A DNA stretch of 64,000 bases, from contig JBCBUK010000002.1 in assembly GCA_039818205.1 (NCBI GenBank), positions 64,001-128,000 of the forward strand, written 5' to 3'. Of the stretch, positions 57,384 through 64,000 are shown in pieces. The notes below the pieces were generated by a model. It was given only the letters and a program-made list of their open reading frames with translations, ran no database searches and was not told the DNA's origin. The first letter of the stretch is position 1. The number at the start of each line of letters is the position of its first letter. Both the position numbers and the translations under genes were made by a program. Origin of the DNA: Verrucomicrobiota bacterium. Lineage in GTDB: Bacteria > Verrucomicrobiota > Verrucomicrobiia > Opitutales > Cerasicoccaceae.

Positions 57384-60300
57384 ATGCGTTTTTTTCGGCT
57401 ATGTTTGGTGTACGGGTTTGTCTTGTCGTCCGTGCATGCTGCGTCATCCCTAGAAGTGTTGTACGACTCATCGTCGGTGAACCCTGACCCGACGAGTCAG
57501 GGGTGGGTGACCAGCGAAACGACGACCCCTGGGGTCGATGCGAATCTAGATGGATTAATCGACTCATCGAATGTGGGGGCTATCGTTGATAGCGAAGGCG
57601 TTTCCTGGCAAATTTACGATCAGTTTTCTGCGGGGACGCTCAATTTTCCAAGTTACCGCAACCCGATGACCGCAGAAGACTTTGAGACGATGTATGCGCA
57701 GGGATGGGTTTACGAGTTCACGGTTCGTGCCGTGCAGGTTGACCGATGGGCGGGTTTTACGGGATGGGCAGTTTCTAGTGGCGATAATCCTGGTTGGAAT
57801 TTTTCGGGATCGATGGCGCGAGTCGGTTTTTTCTTTGGCTTTGATCCAAGTGGCGACTTCTGGGTTCGGCACAATGGCGACCAGCGCTATAGCGGAAATA
57901 CGAACAATTCTTTCCACACGATAAGAGCGGTGTGCCCACCGGAATCCACCACCTTTGAGTGGTTTATCAATGGTGTAAGCCAGGGGGCTGGCGAGCTTAT
58001 AACCTCGGGCGGTTTTCAAGGATTGGTTTTCGAACAGGGTTCCTCCGCGGACCAGTTTGGAGCGGCAGATTGGAAACGAGTTTCCCTATCTAGTGAAGTT
58101 ACCCCGATCGCATCGCCAACCATTCCCGTAACCGGAACGGTTCTTTTTTGGGGGGATGAGGAATACAATTTCGAGAATAACGATATGACCGGGTTGCTTG
58201 CGCTTTCGAGTGCGACTAGCACACTCGCAACGGTTGACGAGGGAAATAGCGAGTCGGGCTTTTACCGCCTTGATATTGACGGGAGTGACGACATTGCGAC
58301 GGGTGCGATGGTAGCCAGTGTTGCGCTTAACGGGCGCTTTCAAACCGTTCCAAGTGGCAGTGATTTCGCGACCGCGACCGTCGTTCCAATTTCCGGACCC
58401 TGCGCCTACAACTTTTCCATTTCGCGCACGAGCGACTTCATGGAATACAACATCGATACCGCCTTTGGCTGGTTCCCCTTCAGCGAGTTCACGGCTGCGG
58501 TAGCTACGGGCGATGGCTTCGAGCCAGTTTTGACTGAGCTCGTCGGGTCGGCCGGTATTTCCCTTGGCGCCGGTGAGCAGGTTGTCGCGCTGGCCGAGGG
58601 GCAGATCTTAGTTGATCTCACCGACCTAAATGCACCCTCCGATGATGGTGTGCTGCTTGCCTCCGTTGCGCAAGGGGATGCGAAAGTTGCTCTTGTTGAA
58701 CCGAAGGACGATGGGACATTCAATGTCTATGTTCGAGATAGCACGTCTTCGGACCTGAAGCGCGGAGCCATCTCATTTGTCTACCTGCCATTCGCCGATG
58801 CTGGTCAACCGGGCCAACGGTTGGTCGCCAGCGCCCGCGTCCAAAGCGATGCCGGGATTGAAGCTTACGGCGGAGCGTTCTCCCTGGGCAAACTGGATCG
58901 TGGTCGCTGGGCTTTGGCGATCCCTGGGCACAACAATGATTCGGGCACGCTGTTGACCACACCCATGTGGGGCGGCGGAAACAGCAATGACAATATCATC
59001 ACATACGAATGGGATGCTCCTGCCAACTGTTGGATAATCGAAAGTCGTTGGGGTCAGTTTTCGAATTTTGGAATCGAAGACGGTGCCACGGCTGACGAAC
59101 TGATGTTCAACTTCGCGTTTTTTGCGAAAGATCCAATCATCGCTGGAGATTCGCCGATGGTTTTTGATGAGGCGGTTGTTCGCCAAATTCGTCCGCATGG
59201 CGATAGCTTGATCGGTAACGGCATTGATACAGCCACGGGCGCATTTTCTCAAGGTCGTGAGCTGCTCATGGTCGAAGGGGTTCGCCCGTTGGCATTGGAT
59301 ATCAATTACAATTCCCGCCTGACAACAATCTCAGGTCCGTTGGGCACAAGCTGGAGCCACAATTATCAGGCAAAGCTGGAGGGGAACTTAGGGCAGGAGG
59401 TTGTCATTCGTTGGGATGCGCATCGCAAATCTGTGTTCACCTTTGTGGAGGCTGACCGAGCGTATGTTGGAGCGGACGAAGATGTGCAGTTTGCGAACCT
59501 GACGGCGATGTCCCCAAGTGACGAGCTTCCCGATACCTATTGGCGACTGATGATGGAAGACGGCGATATCTACTACTTTGGCAAAGATGGTCGCTTGAAC
59601 TCAGTGCACAACGTTATCCGCCAGCCGATCAATCTGGAGTATGATGGTGCCGGGCGGTTGGTGAAACTGATTGAGCCGTTCTCCGAGGTCGAGCTGACTC
59701 TGGCATACAACGAAATCAACCTGATTGAAACCGTTACCGATGAACTTGGGCGCGTGGTGACGCTCACGTATGATGAGGATGCTCGCCTGATCTGCATCCC
59801 AGCGCCGGTCATTGCCGAAGTGCTTGAGTCGGGAGACGCGATTACCTCTGAGCCTATTCCGGACAACGATCCGGCCGGAACGAGTATTATCGTCGACGTT
59901 CCGGAAGGCGGAATTATCAGCGGCATTCTGATTCGCTCACTCGAGATTCGTCATAGTATTCCAGGTGATCTTACGGTATCGATCACTTCACCCGAGGGGA
60001 CAGAAATCCTACTTGATCCGGTGGCCAACCACAACGGAGTCGATGCTATCTTGTTTGATGGGCAAAGCTTTGACTCGTTTCGAAATGAAGAGCGCATGGG
60101 CGATTGGGTGCTGCAGGTTGCAGACAATGCGGATGGAGTAATTGGTACGATCGAGTCTTTTTCTTTTTCGTTCATCGAATCGGATCGCAAGGTTCACTAC
60201 ATCTACGATGATGCGAATCGCATCGTGCTCGCGACGGATTCAATCGGAGAGCAGATTCTTGGCGCCGAGTATGATGAGTTCGGTCGGATTATCCGGCAGA

Positions 60301-63300
60301 TGGATGGTCGCCCAGAATCGCCCGATGCGATCATCACCTATGAAGCGATTGATCAATCAGACGACGTCCGGACCACGTATATTGACCCATTGGGCAACAC
60401 CTGGGCCTTTGTCCACGATAGTGAGTTTCACCTGATGTCTGCGACCAATCCGGTTGGAGGAAGCAGTACCTTTACCTACGATGAGAAGGGGCTGCGCCTG
60501 ACACTCACGGATGCAAGGAACCATACAACCTCGTTTACCTACAACGAAAACGGCGATGTCGCCAGCACGACGGATCCGCTTGGCAATACAACGAGTTTTG
60601 AGTATGGAGACGAGCACGACATCACTCGAATCATCGATGCACACGGCGAATTTACTCAGTTGGTCCGTTTCAATGGTCGCTTGGTTGAGGTCGTCGATGC
60701 CTTGGAGAACACTGACGTTAAAGAGTACTATGACAACGGTCAGGTTAGCCGGTACATCCAATCAAAGACATCTCCGACAGTGCCCGGTGGTGGGGGAGCA
60801 GAGCCAGGCGAGGCTGATATCCGTTATGCACTCGACGATCGGGAACGCGTTGCTCGGGCCACGAACCCGAATGGTGACGACGTTGGCAATGCCGAGCAAT
60901 CACTGACCTATGATTTGGCTGGACGCGTCATCACTTCGGTGGATTTCGGCGATAACGTAACCGAGATTTTCTATACGCCGTCGGGTGATATTCGCACCCA
61001 GATTGACCCAGAGTCCAATGTTTCCCGTCGGGACTACGATCATCGCGGTCGACTCTATCGCGAAGTAACCAGCCGGGGCTTTGAAACGACCTACACCTAC
61101 GACGGGAACGGCAACATCACCAGTTCGACGAACGCCATTGGTGAAACCACAATCTTTGAATACGACAACGATGATCGGTTGGTTGCGATCACCAATCCGC
61201 GAGGCTCAGTGGTAGCATATGAATATGATGCATTTGGCCGTGTGGTTGGAACGACTGATGCCTTGGGCCGGACGGAGCGAACCGTATACGATGCCGTTGG
61301 CAACATAGTTGAAGTCTATGACGCTTCAGGTACTTTGGTCTTGAAGATTACCTACGATGAGCGCGACCTGCCGATTCGAATTGAGGATGCCCAAGGCCAT
61401 GTAACCACGGCAGAGTATGACGCCCTCATGCGCAAGGTTAAGACCACCGACCCCTTGGGGCTCGTCTATCAATACACCTACGATGAGCTTGGTCGCCTAA
61501 CGAGGACCGTCGATCCGCAAGGTCGAACTGGAACCACGACTTATCTTACCGACGACGTTGTCGATACTGTCTTCCAACCCGTCTTTAGCGGTCAATCGTC
61601 GAGCTATTTCATTCACTATGATTTTGCCAACAACCTTACCGATGTCTTTGGCAAGAATGGAGCTCCAGAATCGTTCGCCTATAATTCCCGGAACCTGCTC
61701 TCGCGATCACTCAGTTTGCAGGGGCGCCGAGTGGACTTTAGCTACGATGACCTCGGTCGCCTCATTGAATCCGATCCGTCGTCGTCCACTGACAACACAC
61801 GCACTTACGAGTATGATGTCACCGGTAACTTGCTGAAGGTGTTCGTTTCCGATAACGGAGTGGAAACGTTGCAGTCGGAACGCACCTTCGACCCGCTTGG
61901 ACGTATCTCGACCTACACGGATCATGCAACGAGTGGCAGCTCGCAAACGCTCCGCTACGTGTACGATAGGGCAGGGAACCTAACTCGAATGATTTATCCC
62001 GACGGGTCGACTCTTACTTATACCTACGATGACACGGACCGGCCTATTCAAATTACGGACTGGGCCAATCGGATCACTGTATTGACCTGGGATGAACTTG
62101 ATCGACTACGCCAAGTCGACTTCCCCAATGGCGTTCAACGCACGATGCGCTATGATGCGGCGGGAAATCTCATCTACCGCGAAGACCTTGAGGCCGATGG
62201 AGAAGTCATCATCTCTTACAGCTATGGATATGACTCCGCGGGCCGTCTCCAATCTGAAGTGGCTTATCCTGAGTTGCCCGCTCCGATCCCAAGCAGCGCG
62301 ACATTGACCTATGATGACTTTAATGTGATCCAGACCTACAATGGTTCTAACATTGATACCGATTTCGATGGTTTCGTTGTCGGCGCAAGCGCGGTTGATC
62401 CGACATTCGGATCCATTAACCACAACACACGTGGACACTTAACGAGCACCAGCGGCTACAGCTATCATTACGATGAAGAAGATCGCCTTGTCGGATGGCA
62501 ACCGGCTGGTTCGGCCGACACGGAGCGTATTGAGTTCTTCGCAAACCCATCGGGTCGGTTGAGCCAGGTCTTGACTCAATCTCAAGCGGGTTCACTTGCC
62601 AAACGATTCGTCTACGGAGTCGGCCTGTTCTATGAGGAAGATGTCGCTACGGGTGAAATCAAAGTTCTCCATTATGACTATCGTGGGAGCACGGTTGCTT
62701 TGAGTGACGACAATGGTGATCTGGCTGGTCGGGTGTCTTATACGCCGTATGGTGAGATCGCCAGCCGCACCGGGGAGACCGATACGCTCTTTTTGTATAA
62801 CGGCCTCTATGGTGTATTGACCTCGCCGGAAGGCATGAACTACATGCGCTTCCGTTGGTACTTGCCGCAGATCCGCCGCTTTCTCAGCCGGGATATTCAT
62901 CTCGGGTCCATCGGCGATCTTAGCAGTCTCAATCGCTTCAGTTATGCTCGGGGGAATCCCGCGATGTATGTCGATCCCGAAGGCGAGTTCTGGTGGATCG
63001 TTGGGGGCGCGGCGGTTGGAGCAGCGATCAACGTTGGGGTGACTTTTGTGGCCGATTTGGCCGACGACGGACAACTCAACACTCCGCCTGAGGAGTACGC
63101 GGCTGCCGCCATTGGCGGCGCCTTGTTTGGTGGCATCACCGCTGCCACGGGTGGTCTTGGCGGCGCAGTTTTTGGCGGGGCAATCGGAGCAGCAACGGAA
63201 AACTTAGTTCTGGCTGGTTTACGGGGCGAAGCGGTCGACTTTCAAAGCGTAATGACCGATGCGATTCTGGGCGCTGGATCAGGCGCGCTTGGGCATGGGG

Positions 63301-63752
63301 CTGGAAAACTTGCTGGTAAAGTTGGCGCGAAAGCCTTCGCAAAAACTTTTGGGAAACCGGGTAGGTTCATGAAGTTCATCAATAAGATCTCCACCCCGGA
63401 TAAAATTGCCCGTCGTCGGGCAGTTGGTAGCTTCCCCGAGCTCCTCGCGCGGAGCGCAAAGAAAGAGCGCAACCAGGCGCTGTTGAAGTTTTTCGTCAAG
63501 AGTAGTGTGGGCATCGGTTCTATCTATGCTTCGCGTGCGTTCGATGCGGAACCGCCTCCGGCGGGAGGTGGAGGTGGAGGCTTCCAAGGAAACGGAAACT
63601 ACAGCATCATCGATAGTGCCGTCGACGAGCTCAATCAGAACCGTTTACGTCAATACGGTGAATACATACACTTTGACCTCTATCTAGATGCCGTCCGTTT
63701 GGCCGACCGTCCAGTGCCGTCTCACCCAACCAACTCCCTCACGGGCTTTTAG
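57384..63752 (+). CDS. Secreted Rhs/YD-repeat protein with lectin-like, DUF6531-like, inserted P-domain and Rhs core domains
   Basis: Signal peptide (VHA-A) from ATG 57384; GIDTATG...YNS...GPLG-SWSHNY; many YDxxGRL repeats; core YTPYG...RWY-P-RRFLSRD...GNPAMYVDPEG; Gly/Ala-rich C-terminus. Confidence 0.93.
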   Translation: MRFFRLCLVYGFVLSSVHAASSLEVLYDSSSVNPDPTSQGWVTSETTTPGVDANLDGLIDSSNVGAIVDSEGVSWQIYDQFSAGTLNFPSYRNPMTAEDFETMYAQGWVYEFTVRAVQVDRWAGFTGWAVSSGDNPGWNFSGSMARVGFFFGFDPSGDFWVRHNGDQRYSGNTNNSFHTIRAVCPPESTTFEWFINGVSQGAGELITSGGFQGLVFEQGSSADQFGAADWKRVSLSSEVTPIASPTIPVTGTVLFWGDEEYNFENNDMTGLLALSSATSTLATVDEGNSESGFYRLDIDGSDDIATGAMVASVALNGRFQTVPSGSDFATATVVPISGPCAYNFSISRTSDFMEYNIDTAFGWFPFSEFTAAVATGDGFEPVLTELVGSAGISLGAGEQVVALAEGQILVDLTDLNAPSDDGVLLASVAQGDAKVALVEPKDDGTFNVYVRDSTSSDLKRGAISFVYLPFADAGQPGQRLVASARVQSDAGIEAYGGAFSLGKLDRGRWALAIPGHNNDSGTLLTTPMWGGGNSNDNIITYEWDAPANCWIIESRWGQFSNFGIEDGATADELMFNFAFFAKDPIIAGDSPMVFDEAVVRQIRPHGDSLIGNGIDTATGAFSQGRELLMVEGVRPLALDINYNSRLTTISGPLGTSWSHNYQAKLEGNLGQEVVIRWDAHRKSVFTFVEADRAYVGADEDVQFANLTAMSPSDELPDTYWRLMMEDGDIYYFGKDGRLNSVHNVIRQPINLEYDGAGRLVKLIEPFSEVELTLAYNEINLIETVTDELGRVVTLTYDEDARLICIPAPVIAEVLESGDAITSEPIPDNDPAGTSIIVDVPEGGIISGILIRSLEIRHSIPGDLTVSITSPEGTEILLDPVANHNGVDAILFDGQSFDSFRNEERMGDWVLQVADNADGVIGTIESFSFSFIESDRKVHYIYDDANRIVLATDSIGEQILGAEYDEFGRIIRQMDGRPESPDAIITYEAIDQSDDVRTTYIDPLGNTWAFVHDSEFHLMSATNPVGGSSTFTYDEKGLRLTLTDARNHTTSFTYNENGDVASTTDPLGNTTSFEYGDEHDITRIIDAHGEFTQLVRFNGRLVEVVDALENTDVKEYYDNGQVSRYIQSKTSPTVPGGGGAEPGEADIRYALDDRERVARATNPNGDDVGNAEQSLTYDLAGRVITSVDFGDNVTEIFYTPSGDIRTQIDPESNVSRRDYDHRGRLYREVTSRGFETTYTYDGNGNITSSTNAIGETTIFEYDNDDRLVAITNPRGSVVAYEYDAFGRVVGTTDALGRTERTVYDAVGNIVEVYDASGTLVLKITYDERDLPIRIEDAQGHVTTAEYDALMRKVKTTDPLGLVYQYTYDELGRLTRTVDPQGRTGTTTYLTDDVVDTVFQPVFSGQSSSYFIHYDFANNLTDVFGKNGAPESFAYNSRNLLSRSLSLQGRRVDFSYDDLGRLIESDPSSSTDNTRTYEYDVTGNLLKVFVSDNGVETLQSERTFDPLGRISTYTDHATSGSSQTLRYVYDRAGNLTRMIYPDGSTLTYTYDDTDRPIQITDWANRITVLTWDELDRLRQVDFPNGVQRTMRYDAAGNLIYREDLEADGEVIISYSYGYDSAGRLQSEVAYPELPAPIPSSATLTYDDFNVIQTYNGSNIDTDFDGFVVGASAVDPTFGSINHNTRGHLTSTSGYSYHYDEEDRLVGWQPAGSADTERIEFFANPSGRLSQVLTQSQAGSLAKRFVYGVGLFYEEDVATGEIKVLHYDYRGSTVALSDDNGDLAGRVSYTPYGEIASRTGETDTLFLYNGLYGVLTSPEGMNYMRFRWYLPQIRRFLSRDIHLGSIGDLSSLNRFSYARGNPAMYVDPEGEFWWIVGGAAVGAAINVGVTFVADLADDGQLNTPPEEYAAAAIGGALFGGITAATGGLGGAVFGGAIGAATENLVLAGLRGEAVDFQSVMTDAILGAGSGALGHGAGKLAGKVGAKAFAKTFGKPGRFMKFINKISTPDKIARRRAVGSFPELLARSAKKERNQALLKFFVKSSVGIGSIYASRAFDAEPPPAGGGGGGFQGNGNYSIIDSAVDELNQNRLRQYGEYIHFDLYLDAVRLADRPVPSHPTNSLTGF

Positions 63753-63753
63753 A

Positions 63754-64000
63754 ATGAGGTATCTCTTAATTATTGCACTGGCTGCCGCCAGCCTCACTCA
63801 GCTGCATGCGGCATCGAATTTCTACGATGATGCCGGGCGGCTCATTCGCACGATTTATCCCGACGGTCACGCAACGATATACACCTATGATGATGCGGAT
63901 AATGTGCTTTCCGTTTCCTCAACGACTGCGCCTACGGCGCCAACGTCTATCGGTGCGGAATTGGATACGACCACCTCAGCAACCATCTCCTGGGAAGATA
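63754..64000 (+). CDS. Secreted YD-hairpin plus FN3-like protein (3'-truncated, absent from ORF track)
   Basis: MRYLLIIALAAASLTQLHA|ASNFYDDAGRLIRTIYPDGHATIYTYDDADNVLSVSSTTAPTAPTSIGAELDTTTSATISWED; starts 1 nt after the Rhs stop. Confidence 0.85.
   Translation, partial: MRYLLIIALAAASLTQLHAASNFYDDAGRLIRTIYPDGHATIYTYDDADNVLSVSSTTAPTAPTSIGAELDTTTSATISWED

Noticed and set aside
1..64000. CRISPR array, rRNA or prophage
   Set aside because: No regularly spaced repeats, rRNA signatures or phage structural genes seen

Overview
Bacterial chromosomal window, most likely Verrucomicrobiota (inferred from a PEP-CTERM protein, a Minf_1886-type PVC-restricted protein and a DUF5069-like protein). Bases 1-52 kb are mostly housekeeping or ordinary accessory genes: the end of a TonB-dependent receptor locus with Pho-box-like sites, cstA, an RRM protein, gltX, an MMPL/cNMP transporter pair, leuB, xseA, an nfeD/floA operon, a three-gene two-component cassette, nifJ, glnE, a tail-specific protease and rseP. 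At 52.1 kb tRNA-Leu(TAG) is followed by a ~5 kb AT-richer glycan-modification islet bounded by an att-like duplication of the tRNA 3' end, with no recognisable integrase. The window ends with a ~2,120-aa signal-peptide Rhs protein (lectin-like N-terminus, P-domain inserted among the YD repeats, glycine-zipper C-terminal cargo). It is followed 1 nt later not by a typical immunity gene but by an unannotated secreted YD-hairpin+FN3-like protein, the best candidate for an undescribed system. Other features missed by the ORF track are an amber-interrupted SLOG/MoCo-carrier gene and a candidate small transcription unit at 21.2-21.6 kb. All family calls come from motif recognition by eye; no database searches were run.
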